Source of the DNA: Antedon mediterranea
Taxonomy: Eukaryota > Animalia > Echinodermata
Length of the DNA: 64,000 nt
Assembly (NCBI RefSeq): GCF_964355755.1
Contig: NC_092678.1
Coordinates: 6,836,422-6,900,421 of the forward strand
Direction: 5' to 3'
Made by a program: the position numbers and the translations under genes. Below, one piece after another: positions 50,882 to 64,000 of the stretch (positions are counted from its first letter, which is position 1; each line of letters opens with the position of its first letter). The notes beneath the pieces were generated by a model that saw nothing but the letters and a program-made list of their open reading frames with translations, was not told where the DNA came from and ran no database searches.

Positions 50882-53429
50882 TACCTGTGTCTGAAAACTT
50901 TTGGTGATGAAACTGCCTTACCTTTACCTTAAAATGTTTACAACCAATACAATGTTATTCAAAATACTGACGATATGGACTATGTAAAATGTATAATTCC
51001 TAGAAAATTGACTAGGCCTTAGTTTAAAAAGCATGTTCCCTCTCAGGCGAACTTGGCTTAGCGGACACCTTCTAATTTACTTTTATTCCTAGCTTGTCAT
51101 TTTTGACATGAAAGTGTCGTATATCTGACAGGAAAACTTCAAAAGCAATACGCCACCCGGTTGTTAGTGTGACGTTAGAGGTTTGTTGTTCTCTCGGGTA
51201 GACCAACATTAATTCAAGTCAAAATATACAAGTAAAGATTTAGGAATATTCCAAATTTATCAAAGACAGCACACATTGTTATCATACAGTTAGTTATAGA
51301 ATGAAATCGAATTTTTTTTGTTTTATGTAATTAAAATGTATGTTTATCTATTTTATCGTCGATCGTTATCGTTCTAGTGTGTCACAGCCTTTATCCGATA
51401 ATTCTTTTATATTTTAACGATCAAACGTTTGAACATATTATTTGTACATTTTTTTATGGAACAATTTCCAACATCCATTGTTTCTTTGCTTCATCCTCCT
51501 TAAATAAACTTAACGGTAAATTACTTTATATGTCGAGACACAATTCTCACCGTATTGTAACATGTAAACATGTATGATGGTACAGATAGATTTGTATTAA
51601 GCGGTTCTATAATATCTTAATACGTTTCAGTACGGAAAAGCACTTTATAATTGCCGCGGGCATTATACATGTAAAGGCAAACTTAATCAGAGATATTGAG
51701 GCTGTCGAACATTATAGCAAGCTTAAGATTCGTAATACTTGTACAACGATATTTGAAGTTCAATCAAATATCAATCTGAAATCTATCCAAAACTGTCTTG
51801 CGTTGTTTTGTCTTTTGTGGCGTAAACACCTTTTGCCAATGTATAGCATAGGAAAAATGATGGGACCTTTGTAATATTCTATTTCTTAAAACTTTATGAC
51901 TTCATCAAAATTAACGTTTCGAAAGATAATTGCATGTGCAAGAACATTCAATTTAGGCACGTAGAATTAAGCGAGATGTGTGCATTTTAAAGTGTGATAC
52001 TTTTTATTTTCTTTATTATTAGGCCAAAAATTTCAACTGTAACAATAATTAATATGACACTGTTGTAACATGTGACAGTTTCTATGATACAATTAATTTA
52101 GGGAAGACTTTTCAATACAGTAGTAACAGAGCTGTACTACGCAACGTTCCTAAATAATAGAAGAAAAGAAGGTGTTGTTAAGACGAAGTCACTCACCTTG
52201 ATATGACTCAACTCTACAATCTTGTTGGCTTTATTTAATAAAGGGAGAATAACAAATTAAGTCTTCGGATCAACTATCGTTGATAATATAATGATCATTG
52301 TGGATCATCATTCAGATTTCTAGTTTAATAAATGTTATTTAGCAGGGTAAATACTCTATAAACAGTGAATCAATAAAATGATACAATTCACAAAGAAATT
52401 ACAGCTTGAATAACACTAAACGAAAATAGATTGGCGCTTACGGACTTTGAATTTGAAGATAATAACCTCTAGAATGTTATCTACCTATATAACAGATTTA
52501 TTGTTTGAACGGAAGAAGGACTGGAGAGAGGTACCGCAACTGTCACAGTTAGGCCTATTGTTATGCACATTAGTAGTCAAGTCAAGTATCATTTATTGTC
52601 ATTTGTTTTAAGAAGAAAAACATAGAAATTCTGTTTTCTTTGTTTGGCGGAGCACAATATCCAACGGACACAACACGAACTCAAAACAAAAACATTACAA
52701 AAAGTGTCTACATGATGTTTAATTTTACATGTGGGTTACCAGACCTATGCCTACTGAAAACTGGCAAATTATAGGGAATTACATTCTATTAACCAATTAC
52801 TGGGGGCAATTACCTTGTTAACATTTCGTTTATTTAAAATGAAAACACAGACATAAGTTCCACAAGTAAATCCCAATGTGTATAATTTGCAAACCAAACG
52901 ACAATTAACTGGGATTATTATACAATCTGCAAGTATTAAAGTACTTAATACACTTATACCCTAACAGACTACTTTCTTTATGGTTTATAATTATATCGAG
53001 CACCAAGGGAAGATAACAACTAGGATATTACTCCGCCCGAATATCATGTCCAATTAATCGATAATCTCACGTCCAGACTAACAGCCCTGTACGTGTATTG
53101 TACAGTAGCTACAAATTATAATTATAAACTTGTTACCGGTACATTAAAAAAATTTTTTTTTTTCATTCGTTCTTGACACCGAATTCGTTTGTAAAGGTCT
53201 TTCTACACTTACACTATCAAACTTTATGTGAAAAAAAATTGATGTGCCCATATATAGACTTGATAATTTCATATCACTACCATATTTAAGCATACCACTA
53301 CTAAATTTGGGCACTTTTTTTGTCAAGCAAGTTTGATAGAGTAGACAGAGCTGTACCCGATTCTCAGTGACTCAATCTACTACAATATTTGCCCATATCA
53401 TATGAATATTTGGAAATACAGCATCTCAG

Positions 53430-53737
53430 GTGTATCACATGTGGTACCTGTATCGTGACTGTATCACATGTGGTACCTGTATCGTGTATCACATGTGGTA
53501 CCTGTATCGTGTATCACATATGGTACCTGTATCGTGTATCACATGTGGTACCTGTATCGTGTAACACATGTGGTAGCTGTATCGTGTATCACATGTGGTA
53601 CATGTGTCGTGTATCACATGTGGTACCTGTATCGTGTATCACATGTGGTAACTGTATCGTGTAACACATGTGGTAGCTGTATCGTGTATCACATGTGGTA
53701 CATGTGTCGTGTATCACATGTGGTACCTGTATCATGT
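53430..53737. repeat. 25-bp minisatellite (GTATCACATGTGGTACCTGTATCGT), about 12 units, inside a GGTTAGG-containing element related to ~61478-61590
   Basis: Direct periodicity; the single-unit relative at 61478 is also followed by aaggttaggtta. Confidence 0.92.
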
Positions 53738-54466
53738 AAGGTTAGGTTATGGTTAGGTTATTGTGATACTTGAAAATTACTTTTGAAATATATGTGATGT
53801 TGTATAGTATTCGGTCCCAAAATTCATGATACTGGAGAAATAATTATAGATAAAACATTGAAGAACAAATAAAATGCATTGTTATTACTGTACTGTATAT
53901 CGAATAGAGGTATCGAATTTTCGCCATCACGTACGTATATCGAATTAATTTGTTGCTATGGAGTGATATCATAAAAGTGGTAATCTAAATTTTTAATTAA
54001 ATCTTGAATCAAGTTCCTTAAAAAATGAAATTAAAAACAAACAAGTAGTAATAATAGTAACAAAACAAAATAAACACCGGAATGTCATTGAATGCGGTTT
54101 TTAATAAATTTGTGTTTTCACAATTTCATTGTTGTAGATATTGTTTTACAATACATTGTTATTGTGGGCAAGGTGTTTTTTACATTTTCATTCTAATTAC
54201 ATTTGTGGGCGGACTATTTTCACTTTTTATTATTGTGGATAAACAATGTTTTTCACATTAATTTTGGTTATTATTACACTTGTTTTCACATTTCGGCACA
54301 TCTGAGTGAGTGTTTAAGGACGATTTTCAACAAGGCGTATCCATGTTTCCATTTTCCAAATCCCCTTTTGCGCATGCGTATAAGCTGACGCTGTCGATTC
54401 GCGCGAAAATATTTACACGTGAGTGAGCTATTCTTCTTTTAAACAATCTCAAGGCGTGTTCAAACT

Positions 54467-54728
54467 TATGGAACGTCGTTTCAACATTTCGATAATATGA
54501 ATTTTATGACGCGATATGTGAATGAAATGCACCGATTATAAAAATGTCATGACGCGATGTGAATGAAATACTTTGAATGAAATGTTTTGAATGAAATGTT
54601 TTGAATGACATGATTTGAATGAAATGTTTTGAATGAAATGTTTTGAATGACATGCATTCAAATCATTTCATTCACATCGCGTCATGAAATTCATACCATC
54701 GAAATGTTGCGTAAACGGCGTTCCATAC
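54467..54728. repeat. Palindromic element with internal (GAATGAAATGTTTT)n
   Basis: tatggaacg...catttcgat...atgacgcgat is mirrored by atcgcgtcat...atcgaaatg...cgttccata. Confidence 0.7.
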
Positions 54729-57035
54729 GAACTTCTGTCAAAAGGAACACAAGCTTGACAGATTCGAAAAAAAAATGAAAAATATGATTTCAGTTTGTTT
54801 TAAATTGTGAAATTGATTAAAGACATTGAAAAATTGTTTTAGAAATACGTTTTAATAAGCCAATTGAAATAAAAACTTAGATGGTAAAAAGTTACATTAA
54901 ACATTTCTTTGGTCTTTTCACAGCTTTTTCAGAAGAATTATCATCTGAGTCAAAGTTTATATCTTAATTGATTTATTAAAAAGACATTTCAAAATAATTC
55001 CCTGCTACAATCCAGATGAACATTATTATAATCCAAAAATTGAAATAAATGGGTCTATATTTACAGCTCGTTTTGCAAAAATTGTTTTCTAAATTTGAAA
55101 ATGCGCATAGACGGATTGTTGCTTCACATTAGTAAGGCATTAGCTGAGTATCTAATGTCGTACATTAGCTGACGACTTATCTCTACTTCTTGGTATTGAT
55201 GTTATTATTGAACAACTTGATAGCAGCAACACTTGAGATAACCCAAGGAGCAGACAATGTCTGACAAATCGGACCTTGAAAATAGGCATAACATTGTTTA
55301 TAACACACCCGAGTAAATTCTTATCATTTGATTGGAGGATTATGATCACATGATATCCAATAACTACATCATTGAACACGCATGGCATCCATCAAGCGTG
55401 CAATTTCGGTATATAGGACGTTAAATTTCGGTATATTTCATTATTGGTGAAACCACGCGCAATAATATAAATATAATTATATTATTTGTACTATTGCGCT
55501 CAAACATTCATCATCATTTTTAGTTTATATCAAAAGTTTGTGTAAAGTAGAATTGTAATTTGATGATTTGTTCATACTGCATATCTTCCAAGAATTTCAT
55601 TTATCTTCTAAGTTAGAAAGACAATTAAGAATTTCTTTTTTGAAAGAGCTGTAGTGTAAAAGATGTGGAAATACCCTACTATAGCTCTTTCAGAAAAGAA
55701 AATGTTATCTTTTTAAAAACAACATAAATAATAAAAAGAATCGTTAGAACATTTGTAAACAATTTTTTTGTGTCCCGTTGAAAAGATAAATTTTAATATT
55801 ACACAAATTATTTCTAGTCGCGTGGACGCGACTCTATATTTCACTATGTCGGTCGGTCGGTCTGTCTGTCGGTCCGGTATCACTATGCGTTTTATCGCTT
55901 TCTGACCTTATCTTGATATCAGTTTAATCTAGCTATAGTATTGTTATTCGTTATAACAAAGTAGATAAGATCAAACAATATTCCAAAAAAGGTAAGGAAA
56001 CAAATTCAACATAAAACAAGAAAACAAAAACAACGAACAAGATATTAATACACGAAAATATAAATTTCAATATTACAAAAATTATTTTTTAATTTAATTT
56101 AGTTATGTTACACACTTTTTTTTTAAATATTCAGAAAAATAGACATTTCATAATTGCTTATTTAGACAATATAAAATGACATTATATTATGGACAATTAA
56201 TATTGAATTATTAATTTATTAGTGTACATGAACACAATTTATATTTAGTGTATATGTTTGATATTGATTAGGACTTTCTCTCTGGTCTGTTAACTTTATC
56301 GATTTGATTTATCTTTTTTTAGTTTTATTATCCCTTTGAGATCCTGCAGCAACTGATACCCACATTATTGTCATTCATTTATTTAGTAATTTGTCTTTGG
56401 ATTTATAATACTAAGCTATAAAACGTACTTATTTCAATAGGGAGATTGGATTAGTCGCACTCTGATTTAACATTTGTTCTAATAGATAGACTGGTTGTTC
56501 ACCCAAAATAAATCTCTTTCATCTAAGATGGCAATCGTAATTCAACCAAATTTCTTTTTTAAAAGCTATTAGTACAGAATTTCAAAAGTCTGAAACATTA
56601 CCTTGGCCTTCTTGTTACTGAAGTTTAAACGCAACCTAAATGGTACTATGTAATACTATATTTTAATGGCAAATAATGTGTAACATTACGCAATAAAAAT
56701 CTGCTTAAGGTGCAAAAAAAAACACGATTACATAGACAGACAGACTCGCTAGATGATAAGTAGTTAATGTTCAGTCCATTATGAAATTACGAATTTGATC
56801 AATTTCAAAATAATAGTTCACTAAACTTATATTGTAGAAATTATATTCATGCTAGTGTTGGCTGATTTATTTTAATGTCCAAATAATTCTTGAAAGTGTA
56901 CTGATCCATTTTAATATGTCCACAGTGACATTTTGAACATTCATTATTATCATTTTAGAAATTATTTAGTCAATATGACACCAATGTATGATATTAAAGT
57001 GTACGATAATATTAAATATGTTTGTCTCATTATAA

Positions 57036-57260
57036 ATCTCGAATATTTCATAGCAAACTCGAATATTTCATAGCAAACTCGAATATTTTATACAAACTCG
57101 AATATTTCATAGCAAACTCGAATATTTCATAGCAAACTCGAATATTTCATAGCAAACTCGAATATTTCATAGAAAACTCAAATATTTCATAACAAACTCA
57201 AATATTTCATAGCAAACTCGAATATTTCTTAGCAAACTCGAATATTTCATGGCAAACTCT
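57036..57260. repeat. 20-bp minisatellite (AAACTCGAATATTTCATAGC), about 11 units
   Basis: Direct periodicity. Confidence 0.95.
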
Positions 57261-58602
57261 ATGTATCTCGGGCCGGATCTACTCGCCTCCCGTACAATCT
57301 CGGCAATGTCATCGATTCATGGCAAATTCATAAAGTTACAGCGTTACATTATGATATATTATATTTACCTTAAACTTAAAATGTTATGTTATTTAATAAT
57401 ATTGAACTTATTAAGCACTTAATCATTTTTCCCAATTCCTTCGTTCAAACAACATAACAAGGCCAATAGCCATAAGTCGCGTGCTCTCAGAAAAAAATGA
57501 ACTTTCAAAAGGTAATGTACTTTAAAACTTTTCTGTAGGCCTACATCAAAACAGTTCAAAAAGTACAGAAAAGCGATAAAACGTATAGTGATACCGGACC
57601 GACAGAGCGACAGACCGACATAGTGAACTATTGAGTCGCGTCCACGCGAATAAAAACTTAGATTATACTTAGTTTGACCTTAATATTAGTTGGTTCTTAA
57701 ATTATAAACTGAACGGCTTTTCCTACAAATAAAAAAAAAATATTGTTTTACTTTAATTCAGTGGCCATGACCCAAAGTTTGCCTCCAAGCATATTTTGGG
57801 CCTCACATCTGTACTTTTGTACCTTTTACTAGTGTAATATTTAAGTTTGTTCTTTAGTTTAGTAATAACTTTAGTTTAGTAGGCCTTTGACTAAGAACTC
57901 AGACAGCATCGTACGACGAGTCCCGAAAAAATTGATTCGTCGGTGCTGTCTGAAGTAGGTGGTCGGCAGAACAGTAAACATTTTGTTAACTTTCTCGTCG
58001 GCCTTCGTCGTACGGTGCTGAGTATAAGACCAACTCAGCTTATGGCTTGTCAAGAGCTGCTATGATTTAATTTCAACTCCTAGCTTCTATGTATTCAAAC
58101 TAAAGTCAAATCCAAACATAGTGTTGGTAATTGCACTTTGCACTTTACGGAATGTATGAATGTAATAAATTTTAAAGAAATAAACGGCAATATTTCAATC
58201 ATCTGACGACGACCAAGTTAAATTGAACTTTTAAAGTTATTTTTAATTATATTGTTTTTCACTATTTCTTCAACACATACATGTATAACACATTAACGTT
58301 CCTAACATTCAGACGTTCAGGCTTATGCCATAAAACATAAATCAGATTGTAACGCAGACCTCATAATTGAAAACACCGCGCGGCGTAGTGCGGTGTAGCT
58401 GTAATATGGTTTTATACGGAGGATTCGCATCTGGTATAATAAAAAGGAACATCTGTGCTTAAATTTGCTATGATAATATTGATAGGGCCATTTGGTGACT
58501 TAATACATTATTTTATGTACTCACGCATAACAGTACACATCTGTCATAATAATTACTACACCTTAATAGACCTGTAAAGTAGTATAGTAGTCTTCTTGTA
58601 TT

Positions 58603-59965
58603 AGGACTATACGAAACAGGACGGGAAGCCACAAGACGGTGCTCATGAATGATCTTTAACAAAGTGGGTAGAGCTTAGCGTGAAATTCTGTCGTCTTAAC
58701 TTTCGAGAACGATAAAGTTTTAATTTTCCCGTTTACGGAGAACGACTAAAACAATGTACATAAAACCTTAAATATACAGTTTCAAAACTCTAAATAATAT
58801 TTAACTTCTAATTTAATTGTTTAACGAAATAACATTTTTACTTGGTTAAATACATTTGCGCGGCGTTTAAATGCGAGGCCACTAGCTATGAAGGCCTATT
58901 CTGTATTACCAGAGCCAAGCGATTCAGAAGGCCCCGCGCCGGGACGCGATTTTTTTTTCGTACATAAGTTGGGGACCCCCTCATGAAACGTCACAAAATA
59001 AACATGAATAATTCATCAGTTAAATTTTCTTGTTCCGTGTGCACCCAAGCGTATAGCAACAAGAAGTGATTACACGAACAACTGCGATACGATTCTTTCT
59101 ACAGTAGGCCTAGGATTCTAGGTCAATTCACGTGATTGCCTTCGCGCACTATTCTTCACACAAAATGTGTCGAGTCGAGGCTAATCGACAGCTAGGCAAG
59201 TCATTAAACTAAGTAGTAATTCATTGGACATAGCCCAAAAATAAAGAATGTGTATAATTTGTGTACTGTATTTTTTTAATTCTGCTATTTTATTATCAAA
59301 CAATATGCATGAACTCAAAGGAACTTTAAAAATGCGCGTATATGAACACATGAGATGGGAAGATTAGACCCACGAGAATAAAACATGTATTTTTGTGTAA
59401 TGTTTAATTTTGCTGACTTATTACTCGGATTGTGTCATACCTAACACACACACGTCACACACATACACAGCTACTACTAGAATAGACATGGGTTTAGAGA
59501 CTAAAATTAGGCCTATAGTATTAATAGAAACTATAATTTTAACACGTAATTCTTTAGTAATAAATTATATTAAAAACACCATAAACAAAGGCTGATTATT
59601 TCGACAATCCACACAAAACGCCGCTATTCTTCTATGAAATCGCACGCCGCAACAACAGCGGAGATAGGCCTAGAATCGTACCGCACTAATTGTGTAATCA
59701 CTTCTTGTTGGTATACGCTTGGGTGCACACGGAACAAGAAAATTTAACTGATGAATTATTCATGTTTATTTTGTGACGTTTCATGAGGGGGTCCCCAACT
59801 TATGTACGAAAAAAAAAATCGCCGCCGGGACACCGGGAAGGGTGAGAGATACTGCCAGTCCTCGTCGTCTTCGCGCAAGGGTGCGTAACTAATAAAACGA
59901 CTGTATATGATTTTATGCTCTACGCTGTCCGTCGTCCCCTAACCGTCCTATTTCGTAAAGTCCCT
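58603..59965. mobile_element. Harbinger-like non-autonomous element with ~150-bp internal inverted arms (58946-59097 and 59668-59822)
   Basis: Imperfect outer TIR GGACTATACGAAACAGGACGG / CCGTCCTATTTCGTAAAGTCC; inner arms are near-identical in inverted orientation. Confidence 0.65.
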
Positions 59966-62766
59966 AGTGACTTAAGTACAACTTTAGACAGTTTAATTTG
60001 CATATGAAATTTAAAAAAAGCTAGTTATTAGCTGTTCAGATCAAAACTCCTGTGTGTATAAACATATTATCCCTCTCCGCAGTTTATTACCATTTTGTAC
60101 CATAGGCTCTCAATCGGAGTCGTCTGTTTTCAATTTTCAAGATTTTGTAAAGCATAATTACTTTTCTATTTACCGGAATCAATCACGCACGACGAATTGG
60201 TTTCTTTAAACTCCAAAACAATATTTCAATAACATATCGACACGCTTAATAGCCGTTTTTTTACTAAATAAAGGGTATAATTGCAATTGCCACTTTTTAA
60301 TAATGATGAAAATAACGCGATTTGACGATAAGTGCATGTGATGTTTTGCCTCTGAACTACTGTAGTAGGCCTAATGAAAACATACCGGTAGAATATCACA
60401 TAGGCCTACTGTAGGACCATAACTATAGTAATTTGACATCAAACACGCTCATATATATATAAACCAAACAAAAGTAAGAATAACAATGAAATAGTTATTA
60501 TAATTATTAGAAATAATTGTATTAATCTGTTGAAGATGAAATGAATAAATAGTGGTTAACGCCACAAAAGAGAAAAAAAAAACACGCTCAAACGTAATTC
60601 ATATCTTTTTCTTTAATTATTCCAACATCCCGACGGAGAAATTCAAGTTGACACATTTTAAAACAACCTGTAAAATCGGCCTCTGTTGAATGTCCTAAGG
60701 TTCTGAAGCACTATGCTGGCGCATGCGCAGAGTATGTTTTGAAACACATGACAGCTGCATGATGTTAACAGAAAACAACGAAAGTTGTAGAGATAGATTT
60801 CTATTGGTCTCTTTTAAAAGTTATTTTCATTTGATTATTTAATAAGATACCATGTAAAATATCTATACTGCAGTCACTGCAGTAACTACCTATTTTGTGT
60901 TATCTCTTTAACCCGGATGGACAATAATTTAGCAAGCTTTTCGTAAACTTCTACACAAACTAAAATGATTACGTTATTTAATTGCAGTAGAATCATTTTG
61001 ACATGATCCTTTGATGGTAATAATTGCCTATTTTGACAATACTTCAAACACACTGATACTGTCGATATAGAATTTACACAATACGAATATTCCACCAACC
61101 TTCGGGACCGCTGAAGTTTTCTTCTCCAACACATCGGATCTTTGGCCACAGGTGATTCTAAAGGTATCATTCCTTTTCAAGAATGGTCCACCTCCTTCAT
61201 GTGGTTTTAGGATGTCCTAAAAGGAAGAAAATTTACACAACTTTTTTACAACAAATGTAAACTGTTGATAATAATCAATGAAAACAACGAAATTCGACTG
61301 AAATAATGAAACAAAATATCAAACAAAAGATAAAATAATATTAGGCTTATCGACAAAAATACCTTTACTAACTAAGAAAAACAAACCATGTATTATTTAA
61401 AATATAAAAATATAAGTTTAACCAAGGATAAATCTGCGGAATATTCGGTCATAATACAGTACAGAATTTTAATTAGTCACATGTGGTGCCTGTATCATAT
61501 AAGGTTAGGTTAGTAGGCTACGATACTGGGCGATACATGTGAAACACATGATACTCGAGAAATCTAGATACAGTACCGAGAATCGGATGCTCATCATCTG
61601 CTTTATTTCAGAGAGTTTTAATTTTTTTGTAATTAAATTAATTGAGATTTCTTCGAAGGTTGCAATTTACTTGTAATTGATGAATACCATAGATACATAA
61701 TAGTCAACAGATGACCCTGTTGGTAACAAATCAATTGGTTTGTACAATCAAATTGTATGCGTTTTCATAAATGAGGTGAAAGAGAAAAGGATGAAAAATT
61801 GTCTAGGCCAATTAATTAATTTATTTTATTTAAAAACATAATTTATTTATATACAGATAAAAACATTTCATGTGGCTACCGGTACATTCACACTTATTCC
61901 GTTTCACGTAATGAAAGACGTCGTTTGCCAACGCTTTTCCAACTAGAGACGCAACACAAGGAGGACCAATCACAAGCGATGGATTATTTGAATTGACTTT
62001 GATTCTTAACTTATCTTTAATATAACTTTGTTAAATCAAGCAATCTTCATAAACCATCGTTAAGGTTTTGATTAGGTGTTTTAGTTCATCCTTTTGAACT
62101 TTGTAGTTCAGGCTCTAACACGCCCGCCCTAACTACCGTCCTTTTTCGGTTACCGTACCGCCCCGAAGCCAAACCTCACTAGGCCTATATTGAAGGAATT
62201 GCGGCGGTAGGTTTGGTACGATAGTCCCATTCGCTTTAAAAAATAAATAAAATACTACCTACGCAAAGTGTCCGCATTAAGCTTGGTTCCCACTAGAACG
62301 TAACGCAAGGACGTAAACGCAACGCAAGCGTTTTAACCAATGACAAGCGAAGTTATAGACAGTTAGCATCACAAGCGAATAAGCCATCGCTTGTGATTGG
62401 TCAATTCACTTGCGTTGCATTACGTCCTTGTGTTGCGTCGCTGATGGGAACCACGCTTTAGATCGGTAAACAAACTGTTATTTCAAATCGCTTAATCAAC
62501 GGACACCCAACTAGGTTGTTTATAACACCTGTAAAAATGGAAATCTATACGCCCGAAGAAACAAATCCAACTTGTATACGTAACCATGAGCAGTGTTATT
62601 GCTACAGTTAATTATGAAAATTAATATTTGATTAAATGGAGCGCAACATATCTCTAGGGTTTATATTTCAATTAATTATTTTGATTCTTAATCGATGTAG
62701 CGATACAAGCGTTGAACTCATACTAGCGACATGTTTATTTCATGCAAATTGCTAAATGTTCAATAA

Positions 62767-63720
62767 GGGAAGGGTGAATGAGGGAAGAATGAATGAGGGA
62801 AGAGTGAATGAGGGAAGAGTGAATGAGGGAAGAGTGAATGAGGGAAGAGTGAATGAGGGAAGAGTGAATGAGGGAAGAGTGAATGAGGGAAGAGTGAATG
62901 AGGGAAGAGTGAATGAGGGAAGAGTGAATGAGGGAAGAATGCATGAGGGAAGAGTGAATGAGGGAAGAGTGAATGAGGGAAGAGTGAATGAGGGAAGAGT
63001 GAATGAGGGAAGAGTGAATGAGGGAAGAGTGAATGAGGGAAGAGTGAATGAGGGAAGAGTGAATGAGGGAAGAGTGAATGAGGGAAGAGTGAATGAGGGA
63101 AGAGTGAATGAGGGAAGAGTGAATGAGGGAAGAGTGAATGAGGGAAGAGTGAATGAGGGAAGAGTGAATGAGGGAAGAGTGAATGAGGGAAGAGTGAATG
63201 AGGGAAGAGTGAATGAGGGAAGAGTGAATGAGGGAAGAGTGAATGAGGGAAGAGTGAATGAGGGAAGAGTGAATGAGGGAAGAGTGAATGAGGGAAGAGT
63301 GAATGAGGGAAGAGTGAATGAGGGAAGAGTGAATCAGGGAAGAATGAATCAGGGAAGAGTGAATGAGGGAAGAATGAATCAGGGAAGAGTGAATGAGGGA
63401 AGAGTGAATGAGGGAAGAGTGAATGAGGGAAGAATGAATGAGGGAAGAATGCATGAGGGAAGAGTGAATGAGGGAAGAGTGAATGAGGGAAGAGTGAATG
63501 AGGGAAGAGTGAATGAGGGAAGAATGCATGAGGGAAGAATGCATGAGGGAAGAGTGAATGAGGGAAGAGTGAATGAGGGAAGAGTGAATGAGGGAAGAAT
63601 GAATGAGGGAAGAGTGAATGAGGGAAGAGTGAATGAGGGAAGAGTGAATGAGGGAAGAATGAATGAGGGAAGAGTGAATGAGGGAAGAGTGAATGAGGGA
63701 AGAATGAATGAGGGAAGCGT
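62767..63720. repeat. 15-bp satellite (GAGGGAAGAGTGAAT), about 63 units
   Basis: Highly homogeneous array; explains ORFs 62735..63544, 62756..63763 and 63379..63729. Confidence 0.98.
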
Positions 63721-64000
63721 GAACTTCACTGAGTTTGTTTGGATAGCTAAAGTAATTTGTTAACGGTTCAGTGAGAGTTGCTAACTTTTCAGTTAGAGTT
63801 GCTTACTTTTCAGTGAGAGTTGCTAACTTTTCAGTAAGAGTTGCTTTAGTAAAATTCAGCGTAATGTGATAACGATTTAGCGAGAGAGTTGTTATCGATT
63901 CTTCTTCTTTCCCTTATCAGGGAATGTATTCAATTCAAGTATATTATGGTCCATTGACCCTAATACAAAACATAATAGACTATCTTCAGTTAATTATTTA

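Noticed and set aside
53389-53773. Cys/His-rich, metallothionein-like ORFs
   Set aside because: Produced by a 25-bp repeat cycling through reading frames.
62735-63763. Long ORFs of 269, 335 and 116 aa (HSSLI / NEGRV / LPSFT repeats)
   Set aside because: Translations of a stop-free 15-bp satellite, open on both strands; no evidence of coding.

Overview
AT-rich, repeat-dense metazoan genomic DNA. A marine invertebrate deuterostome such as an echinoderm is an inference from the Deu-type SINE and the TE landscape. The one confidently identified gene is a complete six-exon ARPC4 (Arp2/3 complex subunit 4, 168 aa) on the minus strand, 42112 to 12665, with coding exons of 3/119/112/96/171/6 nt and canonical GT-AG junctions. 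The rest is transposon-derived or tandem repeat: Harbinger-, hAT- and Kolobok-type MITEs, two adjacent 9-bp-TSD foldback/Mutator-like elements in intron 1, DINE-1/HINE-like elements, 5S- and tRNA-headed SINEs, Penelope and L1/Tx1 fragments, and many minisatellites. The most unusual signals are: (1) strong enrichment of TACAGTA/TACTGTA, TAGGCCTA and TACTA words that behave as short insertions at TA, consistent with DNA-transposon excision footprints; (2) two unrelated SINEs both inserted into a TACAGTACTGT double-footprint site; (3) a minisatellite built from copies of the ARPC4 exon-3 splice donor; (4) a decayed KolX/P2X7-ballast-like ORF inside a Kolobok-type element. Almost all ORFs in the supplied track are spurious.
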